This document shows, piece after piece, positions 9,348 through 20,503 of a stretch of 64,000 nt of DNA. The DNA lies in assembly GCA_025060715.1 (NCBI GenBank), contig JANXBG010000004.1:4920-68919 (forward strand), read 5' to 3'. A program made the translations under genes and the position numbers. The stretch comes from a candidate division WOR-3 bacterium (lineage in GTDB: Bacteria; Hydrothermota; Tepidihabitantia; Tepidihabitantales; DTDR01). Position 1 is the stretch's first letter. Every line of letters starts with the position of its first letter. Under the pieces are notes generated by a model. That model had not been told where the DNA came from. It worked only from the letters and a program-made list of their open reading frames with translations, and searched no databases.

Positions 9348-11555
9348 TTAGAAGGTTTTGCCGAATTGGAAATGAGGTTCTAATTTGTTTCCTTCTCTAT
9401 CAAAACCGTATCCTAAATCAAAACCGATTAATCCTAACATTGGCACTTCTACTCGCACACCCACACCAATCCCTTTTTTGAAAGTTCCAAAATTTATCTT
9501 ATTTAAATCTTCAAAACAATTTCCACAATCAAAAAAGGCAATAAAAGAAAGGTAATGGGCTAATTTTAGTTTATATTCTAAATTAAAAATTGCCATCGCC
9601 TTACCGCCTATTAAGTAGCCATCTTTTAGAGGTGAAATAGAACGGTCGGGATAACCACGAATACCTTCTTCACCGGCTCCTCCTAAATAAAACTTTTCAT
9701 ACAAAGGAACACTATCTTTTCCTTTTAGTTGAACAATATACCCAATCCTTGTCCTTGCCATCAAAGAAAATTTCCAAAATAAAGGAAAATAAATTCGTAT
9801 ATCCAATATCTGTCTTACAAAATTAATCTTTAAGGTAGAAATATCAAAAGAGTATAAATAATAAGACCCCGCACTAGGATTAAATATATAATCTCGGGCA
9901 TCCCGAATTATTGAAAAATTTGGCGAGAGATAAACCTTTTCTATTGTATCCTGATAAATTTCTTTCGGCACTTTGATATCTTTAATACTTTTGGATGGAA
10001 TATAACTACTACCCAATTTTAATCCCCAATAAATCCTTGTGTAATCAAGAAATAGAGGATAAGAAAAATTAAAGGAAATATTTCGGTCCAGTTTATCATA
10101 ATAATCATAGGAATAAGAATAGTATAATAAATTAAAACCCGAAGAAAAAGGAATATCCAAAAGATAGGGCTCTTCAAAACCCAGTTGTAAATTAGTTATT
10201 GTGCTACCTTTTTCTAATTTTAAATATATTTTTTGACCGTTGCCCAAAAAATTAGGTTGAGATATTTCAACACCACCAACAATCTTCTCCCTTTGGGAAT
10301 AAGAAACACTGGCACTAAGTTGTCCAAAGGTTACCTTCTCTTTCACTTTATATACCAAATCAATATATTCCGTATCAACAGGTGTAAAGTCAACACTAAT
10401 ATCTTCAAAAAATCCTAAATTAAAAATATTTCTTTGACTTCTTAAAAGTAAAGATTTTTTAAATAAGTCACCGGGCAAAGTAACTATCTCCCTTCGGATC
10501 ACTTTATCTTTTGTTCGCTCATTCCCTTCAATATTAACCAATCTAATTTTTACCGGCTTATTCTCTTTTATTTCATAATTTACATCCACTGTATCATTCC
10601 TAATCTCTTCAACGGGATTAATTTGACAATATAAAAAACCTTCTTCGTGGTAAAGATTATATAATTCTTGCAAACTCAAATTCATTTTTTTTACATTATA
10701 ATAATCACCCTTTTTTAATTTCATTACTTTTCTTAAATTTTCTATACTCATAATTTCGTTACCCGAAAAATTTATCTCACCCACATAAAATCTTTTTCCT
10801 TCTTCTAAATGAATTTCAATAGTAAGCCAATCCTCTTCGGTCTTTAATTGATAATCAAGAATTTTTGCTTGCAGAAATCCTTTCTCTTTATAATAATCAA
10901 TTATTCTTGTCAAATCTTTTTTAAATTCCTCTTCTTTAAAAATCCCCTTCCGATACCATCGCTTTTCACGATTTACCAATTTTCTTTTTATTTTGTCCTC
11001 TTTTAAACTTTTGACACCAAAGAATTTTATTTTCCTTATCTTATATTTCTTACCTTCGTCAATGTGAAAAGTAACAGTTACCATATTTTGAGAATCTCTT
11101 TCTGATTGGGTATAAAAAACTTTTGGCGCCACAAATCCTTTTTCTTTATAAAGCTTAAGGATTTCTTTTTGATAATTAAATAACTTATATTCACTAATAA
11201 CCTCTCCTTTTTTATATTTCACTTTTTCTTTTAACTCTTTGGTTTTAATCTTTTGATTACCCGAAAAGATAATATCTTTTAACAATGGATTATCTTTAGT
11301 AACAAAAGTTAAAATGATACCTTTCTCCGTAATTGTGGTTTCTGCCTTTATTTCACTAAAAAGCCCGCTTTTATAAAGTTTTTTTATTGCTTCAGCTACT
11401 CTTTCTGAAGAAAGAATCTCTCCCTTTCTTAACCCACAAAGATTAAGGACTGTTAAAGTATCAATAAATTCTGTTTTTGCTTTAATCTGATAAATAATTT
11501 GAGAAAAAAGAAAAGATATGAAGAAGAAAAAGGAAATTAAGAATTTTTTAAACAC
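9348..11555 (-). CDS. bamA: Outer membrane protein assembly factor BamA (POTRA repeats plus an Omp85 barrel).
   Basis: 735 aa with a signal peptide, repeated POTRA-like modules and a C-terminal beta-barrel ending in an aromatic residue (..FQFGKTF). Confidence 0.85.
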   Translation of the reverse strand: MFKKFLISFFFFISFLFSQIIYQIKAKTEFIDTLTVLNLCGLRKGEILSSERVAEAIKKLYKSGLFSEIKAETTITEKGIILTFVTKDNPLLKDIIFSGNQKIKTKELKEKVKYKKGEVISEYKLFNYQKEILKLYKEKGFVAPKVFYTQSERDSQNMVTVTFHIDEGKKYKIRKIKFFGVKSLKEDKIKRKLVNREKRWYRKGIFKEEEFKKDLTRIIDYYKEKGFLQAKILDYQLKTEEDWLTIEIHLEEGKRFYVGEINFSGNEIMSIENLRKVMKLKKGDYYNVKKMNLSLQELYNLYHEEGFLYCQINPVEEIRNDTVDVNYEIKENKPVKIRLVNIEGNERTKDKVIRREIVTLPGDLFKKSLLLRSQRNIFNLGFFEDISVDFTPVDTEYIDLVYKVKEKVTFGQLSASVSYSQREKIVGGVEISQPNFLGNGQKIYLKLEKGSTITNLQLGFEEPYLLDIPFSSGFNLLYYSYSYDYYDKLDRNISFNFSYPLFLDYTRIYWGLKLGSSYIPSKSIKDIKVPKEIYQDTIEKVYLSPNFSIIRDARDYIFNPSAGSYYLYSFDISTLKINFVRQILDIRIYFPLFWKFSLMARTRIGYIVQLKGKDSVPLYEKFYLGGAGEEGIRGYPDRSISPLKDGYLIGGKAMAIFNLEYKLKLAHYLSFIAFFDCGNCFEDLNKINFGTFKKGIGVGVRVEVPMLGLIGFDLGYGFDREGNKLEPHFQFGKTF
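10233..10418 (+). other. Spurious antisense ORF inside bamA.
   Basis: 61 aa, low complexity, wholly inside a confident CDS on the opposite strand. Confidence 0.1.
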
Positions 11556-11559
11556 CTAC

Positions 11560-13992
11560 TTAAACTTTGAGCTCCTCAGGTTTTTTAGCAACAAAACGCA
11601 ATCTGTTCTCTTCCCTTTCAATATAGACAATAGAACTTCCTTTAAATTTTCCTTTCAAAATTTCTTCGGCTAAGGGGTCTTCAATCAATCTTCTTATTGC
11701 TCTTCTTAATGGTCTTGCACCATATTCTGGATCAAAACCTTGTTCTACCAATACTTCTTTCGCTTCAGGAGATAAAATCAATTTTAAACCTTTTTCTTTT
11801 AACCTCTCATTAATATCATTAATTTGAATATCAACAATCTTTTCCATCTCTTCTTTTCCTAATGGTTTAAAAACAATTATCTCATCCACCCGGTTAATAA
11901 ATTCCGGACGGAAGACCTTTTTTACTTCCATTAAAATCTTTTCTTTCATTTTCTCATAACTCTCCTCAGGATTACCGGAAACAAAACCAAAGCCAGCGGA
12001 TTTCTTTATTTCAGCTGTTCCAATATTTGAAGTCATAATAATCACACAATTTCTAAAATTAACCCGTCGACCAAAAGCATCGGTCAATTGACCATCCTCT
12101 AAAATTTGTAATAAAATATTAAAAACATCAGGATGGGCTTTCTCAATTTCATCAAACAACACTACTGAATAAGGTTTCCTTCTTACCTTCTCAGTCAACT
12201 GCCCACCTTCTTCGTAGCCCACATAACCAGGAGGTGCACCAATTAACCTAGAAACATTAAATTTCTCCATATATTCTGACATATCCAACCGAATTAAAGC
12301 ATCTTCGTGACCAAAGAGAAATCTTGCTAATACCCTTGCCAATTCTGTCTTACCAACACCAGTGGGACCTAAAAAGATAAAGGAACCAATCGGTCTTCTT
12401 GGATCCTTAATTCCTGCCCGACTTCTTCTTGTGGCTTGGGCAATTACTTCTATTGCGTGGTCTTGACCAACAATTCTTTTTCTTAATTCTTCTTCCATTT
12501 TCAGAAGTCTTTGTTGCTCACTCTCTTCAATTCTTTGTAAAGGAATTCCTGACCACATTGAAACAACTTGGGCCACATCCTCGGGCATCACTACCGGGAA
12601 ACCGCCTTTCTTTTCCATTTCCTTTCTTTTTCTTTTTAAAATCTCTGTTAACCTACGTTGCTCGTCTCTGATTTCTGCTGCCTTTTCAAATTCTTGCTTT
12701 CTTACCGCTTCTTCTTTCATCTTTTTTATTCTTTCAATCCTTCTTTCCAATTCTTCAATTTCGGGATTGAAAACAGGTCTTAGTAATTTTACCCTGGCAC
12801 CTGCTTCGTCCATTACATCAATTGCTTTATCGGGCAAATATCTATCGGTAATATATCGGTCAGCAAGATAGGCACAGGCTTCCAAAGCTTCATCAGTATA
12901 AATTACACCATGATGTAATTCATATTTTTCTTTTAAACCCTGTAAAATTTTAATTGTCTCACTCACTGAAGGAGGCTCCACAATAATCGGTTGAAATCTT
13001 CTTTCTAAGGCTGAATGTTTTTCAATATATTTTCGATACTCTTCAAAGGTAGTAGCACCAATACATTGAATTTCTCCACGGGCTAAAGCGGGTTTTAAGA
13101 TATTAGAAGCATCTATCGCTCCCTCAGCAGCACCAGCGCCAACAATAGTATGTAACTCATCAATAAAAAGGATCACATCGCCTGATTTAATTATTTCATT
13201 AAGCACTGTCTTCATCCTTTCTTCAAACTGTCCTCGATATTTTGTTCCCGCAATTAGGGCTGGTAAATCTAATGCCAAAACTCTTTTATTTTTTAATAAA
13301 GAGGGAACCCTACCTTCCACAATTCTTTGGGCAAGCCCTTCCACAATTGCTGTTTTACCAACGCCCGCCTCACCGATTAAAACTGGATTATTCTTTTTTC
13401 TTCTAACCAATATCTGAATAACTCTTTCAATCTCTTTTTCTCTACCAATAATTGGGTCTAATTTATCTTCCCTTGCTAATTGGGTTAAATCCCTGGAAAA
13501 ATAATCTAAAGCTGGTGTCTTTGATTTACTTTTTGGAATTGATTGACCCATAGCTTCGCCTTCTAGCACTTTCATTATTTCACTACGAACTATATCAATA
13601 TCAATTCCTAAGGAAAATAAAACTTGAGCAGCAATTGATTGCTCTTCTCTTAAAATTCCTAACAGAAGGTGTTCAGTACCTATATAAGAATGGTTCATCC
13701 TCCTCGCCTCTTCCATTGCATAGTTTAAAATCCTCCTCGCCTCCTGATTTAATGGAATTTCACCAAGTACCAGTGGTGTTTTCCCGTAACTTACTGCATT
13801 TTCAATTGCTGAAATTAATTCATCCTTCTCAATTCCTAAATTAGATAAAACCAAAGCAGCAACCCCTTCACCTTCTTTAACAATTCCTAAAAGTAAATGT
13901 TCCGAGCCGATATAATCGTGATGCATCCTTATCGCCTCTTGTCGGGCAATATTAATAACTTTTCTTAAACGGTTTGTAAATCTATCCTGCAT
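11560..13992 (-). CDS. clpC: ATP-dependent Clp protease ATP-binding subunit ClpC (class I AAA+, two nucleotide-binding domains).
   Basis: It has an N-terminal Clp_N repeat pair, two Walker A sites ([16 protein letters not shown]), a UVR-like linker ([12 protein letters not shown]) and 810 aa. These fit ClpC better than ClpB. Confidence 0.85.
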   Translation of the reverse strand: MQDRFTNRLRKVINIARQEAIRMHHDYIGSEHLLLGIVKEGEGVAALVLSNLGIEKDELISAIENAVSYGKTPLVLGEIPLNQEARRILNYAMEEARRMNHSYIGTEHLLLGILREEQSIAAQVLFSLGIDIDIVRSEIMKVLEGEAMGQSIPKSKSKTPALDYFSRDLTQLAREDKLDPIIGREKEIERVIQILVRRKKNNPVLIGEAGVGKTAIVEGLAQRIVEGRVPSLLKNKRVLALDLPALIAGTKYRGQFEERMKTVLNEIIKSGDVILFIDELHTIVGAGAAEGAIDASNILKPALARGEIQCIGATTFEEYRKYIEKHSALERRFQPIIVEPPSVSETIKILQGLKEKYELHHGVIYTDEALEACAYLADRYITDRYLPDKAIDVMDEAGARVKLLRPVFNPEIEELERRIERIKKMKEEAVRKQEFEKAAEIRDEQRRLTEILKRKRKEMEKKGGFPVVMPEDVAQVVSMWSGIPLQRIEESEQQRLLKMEEELRKRIVGQDHAIEVIAQATRRSRAGIKDPRRPIGSFIFLGPTGVGKTELARVLARFLFGHEDALIRLDMSEYMEKFNVSRLIGAPPGYVGYEEGGQLTEKVRRKPYSVVLFDEIEKAHPDVFNILLQILEDGQLTDAFGRRVNFRNCVIIMTSNIGTAEIKKSAGFGFVSGNPEESYEKMKEKILMEVKKVFRPEFINRVDEIIVFKPLGKEEMEKIVDIQINDINERLKEKGLKLILSPEAKEVLVEQGFDPEYGARPLRRAIRRLIEDPLAEEILKGKFKGSSIVYIEREENRLRFVAKKPEELKV

Positions 13993-14026
13993 ATTTTATT
14001 TTAACTCAAAATTATTCAAAAGTCAA

Positions 14027-16144
14027 TTAAAACCAGAAGAAATATTTTACTTTTATTGCTAATATTCTTTCACTCTCCTGCCATTGGTTATTATTTTTAT
14101 TAAAAAGTTCATTTATAACAAAATAAATTTTTGATCTAGGCTTTATTTCCCAATAATAATAGAAGGCGGTTCTTATTTGAAAAAGAGTAAATCGATTTTG
14201 ATAACTTAAAGGAAAATTAGAATAAAAGGTTATTCCCATATAAGGAGTAAATTTATAACCAAAATAAATATTTGGACTTATTGTTGTTGATAAATGTTTA
14301 TTTAAGGTATCAAATTCGGTCCAACTTGTAAAATGGAAATTTAAATATATCCTTTTAAAAATTGGAGTATAAAACCCCGACCAAGAATGTAATTGCCAAG
14401 CAATAAATTCTCTTAAATAATTATAACTTTTTCCTATCCAACTTCCCAACCAAAAACTTGCCTGCCCAATTGAAAAAGAAATATTGGGATTTATTCCAAT
14501 ATAGGAGTATCTAATATTATCTTCAATTCCTTCTCCATAATAAAAAGAACTATTATAAAAAATTATTGGTTTCCTTAATTGAAAACCTAATTCTATTCCA
14601 CCAATCTTTGACCAAGAAATCTCTCCCTTCTCTTTACTCTGCCAAAAGATAGGAGTTATAGAATAACTGGAAATTATTCCCCTTTTAGGATAATTAGAAT
14701 AACTAATTCCTAACTTTATATCTTTATCACCAGGAGAAAAAGGAGCATATCCCATTGAATTGATATCAAAATATTCATTTACATATTTAATACTATAAAA
14801 AGAAGAGATATTTTTTGTTAAATAATAAATTCCGCCACTTTGGAAGGTATAACCAAAATTTTCTTTTTTATTTTTATTGCCAACAAACTGCCACAAAAAT
14901 TGGTTTTTACCAAACCTTAAAGCTCCATCGGTATCAAAATTTAAAAAACTCTCTTTCTTCTCAATATCATATTTATAAGTGGTTAAAAAACCAATTTCTG
15001 AATTGGTGAATAAATATCTTTTTATCCTAAAAACATTCCAAGTAGTATAAAAAGAGGTATCAAAAGGTCCAAATTTTTTATCGGTAAAAGAGTTTAAAAA
15101 ACCAATTTCATATCCTTTTATCTTTCCAGTAAATTTTAAACCACTTAAAATTGGCACTTCTCCAGAATAATCTCTCATTTTTCTACCAATCCTTCTTGAA
15201 TAAAAAACCTTAATTGGTGAATAAAAACCAATTCCCATTGCTGCCGGTTCAAAATAATCTTTACCTTCTATAAAGAAATGCCTTCTTTCGGAATAATATA
15301 TTTCATATTTTCTCAAGGTCATTGTAAATGGGTCGGCTTCAATCTCGGCAAAATCGGGCAAGAATGTTAAATTGAGTTGTTTATCTTCCTTTTTATAAGC
15401 AACATCAAAACCACCCCAAGGTAAAAGCCTCCCTAATTTCTTTTCATCACGACCCGCATAGAACTCATTCTTTAAAATTCCTACCGGATATATTTCCATA
15501 CCAATTCCCTCAGAATGGGGCAGAACATTCTTTAAAATACCAAATTTTGACACCCTTAAATCTTCTTCTTGATTAGGTAAAATAAAATAACAGCTTTCTT
15601 TCTTTTTTTCATAATATACTTTTACTTGGAAACCCCATTCATTTATATCTTTTCTATAACGAAAATTCTTGAAAGGAATTTTGAGTTCACAAATTAGAAT
15701 ATAGTTATTATTAATATCTTTATAAATCCTTGTCTTGCTATCAAATATCCCTTCCCAAATTTCTGTCCTTCTTCCATCATCCAATAAGAGAGCAGTACCT
15801 CGTTTATTCACCGCATCAACATAAAACTGATAGGCATTTAATTTAGAAAGAACCGGATCAAGATAAATATAATAACAATCCAAATCCTCAGTTAAGGAAA
15901 TATTTGGTTTATCTTTCTGAAAATCGGTCTTGATAAGAAAATATAGATTATTTTTATCTTGTAAGACTTTAACTATAGTTTTGTAACTGGCAAGAGAATC
16001 ATAATAAGGGTAAAACTGCTTTTCAATAATTATTGAATCGGCAATCTGCCAAACTTCCTCTTCTATTCCATCAATGAAAACTTCCTTTACTTTATTAACT
16101 TCTAAAAAATCCTTTGTTAAAAGAAACAAAAAGAATAAAACCAT
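14027..16144 (-). CDS. Hypothetical secreted / outer-membrane protein, CBM9-like N-terminal region plus a DUF5916-like body.
   Basis: 705 aa with a signal peptide and an aromatic-rich, beta-strand-like composition. The domain assignment is tentative and comes from pattern memory only. Confidence 0.4.
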   Translation of the reverse strand: MVLFFLFLLTKDFLEVNKVKEVFIDGIEEEVWQIADSIIIEKQFYPYYDSLASYKTIVKVLQDKNNLYFLIKTDFQKDKPNISLTEDLDCYYIYLDPVLSKLNAYQFYVDAVNKRGTALLLDDGRRTEIWEGIFDSKTRIYKDINNNYILICELKIPFKNFRYRKDINEWGFQVKVYYEKKKESCYFILPNQEEDLRVSKFGILKNVLPHSEGIGMEIYPVGILKNEFYAGRDEKKLGRLLPWGGFDVAYKKEDKQLNLTFLPDFAEIEADPFTMTLRKYEIYYSERRHFFIEGKDYFEPAAMGIGFYSPIKVFYSRRIGRKMRDYSGEVPILSGLKFTGKIKGYEIGFLNSFTDKKFGPFDTSFYTTWNVFRIKRYLFTNSEIGFLTTYKYDIEKKESFLNFDTDGALRFGKNQFLWQFVGNKNKKENFGYTFQSGGIYYLTKNISSFYSIKYVNEYFDINSMGYAPFSPGDKDIKLGISYSNYPKRGIISSYSITPIFWQSKEKGEISWSKIGGIELGFQLRKPIIFYNSSFYYGEGIEDNIRYSYIGINPNISFSIGQASFWLGSWIGKSYNYLREFIAWQLHSWSGFYTPIFKRIYLNFHFTSWTEFDTLNKHLSTTISPNIYFGYKFTPYMGITFYSNFPLSYQNRFTLFQIRTAFYYYWEIKPRSKIYFVINELFNKNNNQWQESERILAIKVKYFFWF

Positions 16145-16577
16145 TTTTTATTTGATTATAAAAAATTAAGTAAAAAAGTCAAATTAATTAACCTATTCTC
16201 TTCTTTCTAAACCTGTATTGTATAGTATACTGTTCCCCCAACAGAAAAGAGTCTTCATAAAAGTTTATAAGACTCTCTGAAGGCTTATCTTTTTTATTCT
16301 TTAAAAATCTGCTTATAAAATTTTCTCCAATTTGCTTATATTATTTCTATTAAATTCAATTTTATAAAAGTATGGGCCAAAAGAAACTTTTTTCAAATCA
16401 TCTGCTCCGTTCCAAAAAAATGTGCCTCTCCTTTTTGAGAAACATTATCCAGCAAAGTTTTTAACCTTTATTTTCATTTTACTATAAATTGCAATAAAAA
16501 TTTGCCCTTCCTGGAAAGGTAATACTCAATATTCTACCATAATAAATTAAGAATTTATAAAAATTTAAAAAGAGCCT

Positions 16578-17492
16578 TTAATTTTTCTTTAAAATTTTTG
16601 ATTTTAGATTACATACTGCACAAATTTTTTTATCAGTTATCTCGCCACAAATTTCACATTCATTATATTCTTTCTTTTCTTCTTTCATATCTTTTATTCC
16701 TTTTATTTCAACTTCTGCCAAATTTCTCACAAAGTTTAATTTAAATTGGGGCTTTTTTTCATCGATAAATCTAAAAATCTCATCCCATTTATCTTTTCTT
16801 GTAAAATAGGAACACATTACACAGGTAGCGATTTCAATGTTTTTAAATTTCACATAAGCATAGTTTTCAATTTCTAAACAAGTATATAATGGTCTAATCC
16901 GTGTTATTACTTTTGGGTGGAAAGAAGGGGTTATAGGTTTTAATTTATCAATCCAAGAAAAATAACCACTTTCAAAATTTTTAAAAAAGAATTTGATAAT
17001 ATCATCAGCACAATGGCCAGTGGCTAATTTATTAAAATTATTTTCATAAGCAAATCGATTAAAGATATATCTTTTTATCATTCCACAGGTTCCACAAACA
17101 GGCCGACGGGAGATTTTAAAAAGTTTATCTATTTCCGAAATTTTTAAATACTCCGCAAAAGAAGTAAAATAAAAAGGGATGTTTCTCTCTTTACAAAAAT
17201 TTTCAACAACTTTTTTTGTCCGTTCATTAGAACATTGGGAAATATTAACATCTAAATTTAGAACCGCAATTTCATATTGAAATTTATTTCTTAATCGGTA
17301 TAAAACCTCAGCACAACTTAAAGAATCTTTACCACCTGAAACGGAGATAAGAATTCTATCACCTTTGTTTGCTAACCGCCATTTTTTTATTAGTCTTTCA
17401 ACCCTTCTTTCATAATGATTAATAAAACAATCAGAACAAAAGGAAGCAATAATTTTTACTTCGGCATCTCTCTTACAAACAATGCATTTCAT
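16578..17492 (-). CDS. ttuA: PP-loop ATP pyrophosphatase of the TtuA/Ncs6 tRNA-thiolation family.
   Basis: It has an SGGKDS PP-loop, N-terminal CxxC..CxxC and C-terminal CxxC..CxxC zinc ribbons, and is 304 aa. Confidence 0.65.
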   Translation of the reverse strand: MKCIVCKRDAEVKIIASFCSDCFINHYERRVERLIKKWRLANKGDRILISVSGGKDSLSCAEVLYRLRNKFQYEIAVLNLDVNISQCSNERTKKVVENFCKERNIPFYFTSFAEYLKISEIDKLFKISRRPVCGTCGMIKRYIFNRFAYENNFNKLATGHCADDIIKFFFKNFESGYFSWIDKLKPITPSFHPKVITRIRPLYTCLEIENYAYVKFKNIEIATCVMCSYFTRKDKWDEIFRFIDEKKPQFKLNFVRNLAEVEIKGIKDMKEEKKEYNECEICGEITDKKICAVCNLKSKILKKN

Positions 17493-18163
17493 TCAATTGT
17501 GGTATTGTGAGCCATAATAATCTTTTCCACAAAAACATCCTCGGGTAAAGCACCTTCAAATTGAATTACCTCATTAATCACTATTTTAGGAACAGCAAAG
17601 ACATTATATTTTTGCGCCAATTGAGGAAACTCACCCGCATTTATCACATCTGCCCTGATTAAATCACTTGCCATTGCTAACTGATAAGCAAGATAACCGG
17701 CTTGTGGACAATAGGGACAGGTTAGCGTAACAAAAACTTGAATATGAATTGGTTTAGTTAAAGTTGCCAATTTCCCTTTATTTATTTCACTTATCTTGCT
17801 TTCGCCTTCAGAAATGAGTTTTATTGCATGAATAATTGTGGAGAACTCATAACCGGCAGGTAGACCATAAAACCTAATTCCATAATCCTTTTCGCCAATT
17901 AATACTGTTGCTGGTATTTTGTCTATTTGATAATAATTTTTCTTTTCTTCATCCTTTAAAAAATCATAGACCTCAATGCTTATCTTATCGGAAAGAGAGG
18001 CCAATTCTTCCATTAGAATTCGGTTATCCCGACAAGTCTCACATTCAAAAGCTGGTAAGGTGATTAAACTTTCTTGAGTGAAAACAACTATTTTAACTGG
18101 ATTTTTTAAATCTTTAAACAACCCTTTTACTTGTTCTTTAACATTCTCTTGTAATATACCCAT
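17489..18163 (-). CDS. Protein disulfide oxidoreductase (glutaredoxin-like, two thioredoxin-fold units; Pyrococcus PDO type).
   Basis: Two CxxC active sites (CETC, CPYC) at about 224 aa. It is operonic with the peroxiredoxin. Confidence 0.6.
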   Translation of the reverse strand: MGILQENVKEQVKGLFKDLKNPVKIVVFTQESLITLPAFECETCRDNRILMEELASLSDKISIEVYDFLKDEEKKNYYQIDKIPATVLIGEKDYGIRFYGLPAGYEFSTIIHAIKLISEGESKISEINKGKLATLTKPIHIQVFVTLTCPYCPQAGYLAYQLAMASDLIRADVINAGEFPQLAQKYNVFAVPKIVINEVIQFEGALPEDVFVEKIIMAHNTTIE

Positions 18164-18164
18164 T

Positions 18165-18836
18165 TTATTTTTCTAATTTTTTATAACAGAACCACCAATC
18201 ATAACATTCAAATTCACCAGCCTTTGCCTTTTCTAATCGCTCCTTAGCCAGTTTGATACTATTTGCTGGTGGAATAATTACTTTATCTTTTATTAGTTCA
18301 TTATTAGGCCAATTTGCCGGCATAGCAACTCTGTTTTTATCACTAATCTGGATTCCTTCAATAATTCTCAATATCTCATCAATATTTCTTCCTAATTCTT
18401 GAGGATAATACAAAATCACCCTAATTTTTCCTTCTGGGTCAACAACAAATACGGCTCTTACGGTATTAGTTCCTTTTTTGGGATGAATTAAACCAAGTTT
18501 TTCTGCCACCTCTCCTGTATCAGCAATAATTGGAAATTCAATTTCAATATTTAGTTTTTCTTTAATCCACTCTACCCATTTAATATGAGAAAAAACCTGA
18601 TCAACGCTTAACCCAATAAGTTCACAATTTAGTTTTCGAAATTCCGGATACTTTACCTGGAAAGCATAAAATTCTGTTGTGCAAACTGGTGTGAAATCAG
18701 CAGGATGGCTAAATAAAACAAACCATTTTCCTTTATAAGCCTGGGGCAAACTCATTAAACCATGAGTGGTTAAAACATTTATTTCGGGAAATTCTTCCCC
18801 TAAAAGAGGTATTCCTTTTCTTTCTTCTTTATTCAT
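18165..18836 (-). CDS. Peroxiredoxin (AhpC/TSA family, Prx6/1-Cys-like).
   Basis: It has the peroxidatic Cys motif FTPVCTTE and is 223 aa. Confidence 0.85.
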   Translation of the reverse strand: MNKEERKGIPLLGEEFPEINVLTTHGLMSLPQAYKGKWFVLFSHPADFTPVCTTEFYAFQVKYPEFRKLNCELIGLSVDQVFSHIKWVEWIKEKLNIEIEFPIIADTGEVAEKLGLIHPKKGTNTVRAVFVVDPEGKIRVILYYPQELGRNIDEILRIIEGIQISDKNRVAMPANWPNNELIKDKVIIPPANSIKLAKERLEKAKAGEFECYDWWFCYKKLEK

Positions 18837-18870
18837 TTTCTCCTCCTTTTTACTTTAATTTTATTTAATT

Positions 18871-19446
18871 TTACCAATTTTCACATAATAATTCAAAATA
18901 ATTTTTGGGATAACCACAAGATGGACAAAATTGAGGAGCCTCCTTACCAAAGTGAATATAGCCACATCTTTGACATTTCCACATTACCTCTTTTTCTTTT
19001 ATAAACACCTTATTATTTTTTATGTTCTCCAACAGAGCAAGATATCGCTTTTCGTGTTGTTTTTCGGCAACCGCAATCGCTTTTAAGACATTAGCGATTT
19101 CATTAAACCCCTCCTCCTCTGCAATTTTAGCAAAACTGGGATACATCTGGGTATATTCATAATTTTCACCTTCGGCTGCTGCTTTTAAATTCTCTTCAGT
19201 TGTGCCAATTTTGCCCGCCGGAAAGGAAGCAGTAATCTCCACTAAACCACCTTCTAAAAAGCTGAATAATCTTTGAGCATGTTCTCTTTCATTATCAGCA
19301 GTTTCTAAAAATATTGCAGCAATCTGATGATAACCTTCCCTTTTTGCCACTTCACTAAAAAAGGTATAACGATTTCTTGCCTGGCTTTCGCCAGCAAAGG
19401 CAATTAATAAGTTTTTTTCAGTTTTTGTCCCTTTAATCATTCTCAT
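18871..19446 (-). CDS. rbr: Rubrerythrin.
   Basis: It has ferritin-like di-iron E..ExxH motifs and a C-terminal rubredoxin-like CxxC..CxxC (CQRCGY..CPSCGYP). Confidence 0.9.
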   Translation of the reverse strand: MRMIKGTKTEKNLLIAFAGESQARNRYTFFSEVAKREGYHQIAAIFLETADNEREHAQRLFSFLEGGLVEITASFPAGKIGTTEENLKAAAEGENYEYTQMYPSFAKIAEEEGFNEIANVLKAIAVAEKQHEKRYLALLENIKNNKVFIKEKEVMWKCQRCGYIHFGKEAPQFCPSCGYPKNYFELLCENW

Positions 19447-19751
19447 TTTCCCTCCTTTTTAATATATTTTACAATAAATTTATCGCCTTCTCTTTTTATT
19501 TCTTTAATTGAAAATTCTAATCCACTAAAATCTTTTAAATAATATTGATAATCAATAAAATTTTCATCAAAACAACAAGCAAAATTGATCTTTGTTCCGT
19601 AAAATTCAATTATTAAGTAATCATTTTTTACCTCTTTAATATTAGCATAACATTCAGGTTTTCGTAAAGAATTAAATTCTTCCGTTATCTTTTCTAATAA
19701 ATTTCTATCCATCCCTTTGACAGTCCTTACAAATTCCAAAAAAATAACCAT
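19443..19751 (-). CDS. Hypothetical protein between perR and rbr.
   Basis: 102-aa ORF. As listed, its 5' end overlaps the perR 3' end; the real start is probably an internal Met near 19712. No family was recognised. Confidence 0.3.
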   Translation of the reverse strand: MVIFLEFVRTVKGMDRNLLEKITEEFNSLRKPECYANIKEVKNDYLIIEFYGTKINFACCFDENFIDYQYYLKDFSGLEFSIKEIKREGDKFIVKYIKKEGK

Positions 19752-20121
19752 CCCAATCTTTTATTAAATGGCCAAAAATTTTCTTCTTTTTAATTAAATT
19801 ACAATCAATAGGTAAATCAATTATTTTCTGACATTTCTCACAGAAGAAATGGTGATGTCCTTTTTCGCCATCAAATCTTATCTCTTTTGGGTCAAGTAAA
19901 AGAATTTTTACTAAACCCTTTTTAGCAAAAAGTTCTAAATTATTATAAATAGAAGTTAAAGAGATTGTTGGTAATTCTTTTTTTAATGCTTGATAAATCA
20001 TTTTTCCTGTTGGGTGGTTCTTTTTTTCTAAAAGATATTTTAAAAGTCTTATTCTTAAATAGGTAGGTTTAATTTTTACTGCTTGGAGATATTTTTTTAT
20101 TTTTTCCAAATCTGTAATCAT
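19705..20121 (-). CDS. perR: Fur-family transcriptional regulator, PerR-like.
   Basis: It has a winged-helix N-terminus and the metal sites HHHFFCEKC...CKDC. It heads a rubrerythrin/peroxiredoxin operon. Confidence 0.8.
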   Translation of the reverse strand: MITDLEKIKKYLQAVKIKPTYLRIRLLKYLLEKKNHPTGKMIYQALKKELPTISLTSIYNNLELFAKKGLVKILLLDPKEIRFDGEKGHHHFFCEKCQKIIDLPIDCNLIKKKKIFGHLIKDWDGYFFGICKDCQRDG

Positions 20122-20170
20122 TACAAAATTATAATAAAAAAAATTTTAAAGTCAATAAGAATTAGTAAAT
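20122..20170 (-). promoter_or_regulatory. Putative perR promoter on the minus strand, TTGACT-16-TATAAT. The -10 lies inside the palindrome ATTATAAT and ends about 8 nt from the ATG.
   Basis: The reverse complement of 20128-20165 reads cTTGACTttaaaatttttttt-atTATAATttt. The start codon is at 20121. The palindromic AT-rich -10 region partly resembles a Fur/PerR box. Confidence 0.35.
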
Positions 20171-20503
20171 GAGTTGAGCCATATTTATCAAGTTAATAAG
20201 AATATTAAATTTAATAAAGCGAGCTTAAAATAAAATTATCTTTTTGTTATCTTTTTTCATAATACTCTTAACCGATTACTATAGGAATAACTCTATACCC
20301 ATAAATAACTCACTATATATCCCTTTCTTCTATCCAATTAGTATTTTTAAGTTCTTTTTGAAGTTCTTTAAAAAATAATAAGTTTCTAATAAAAAAATGT
20401 TGTTATTTTTCAGTAGTTATTTTAGATTATTTTGGGGAGTATTATGTTCTGATTATTGGCATCTTATGACTGGCAATGATCGTCTTATCTGGATACAAAA
20501 TTA

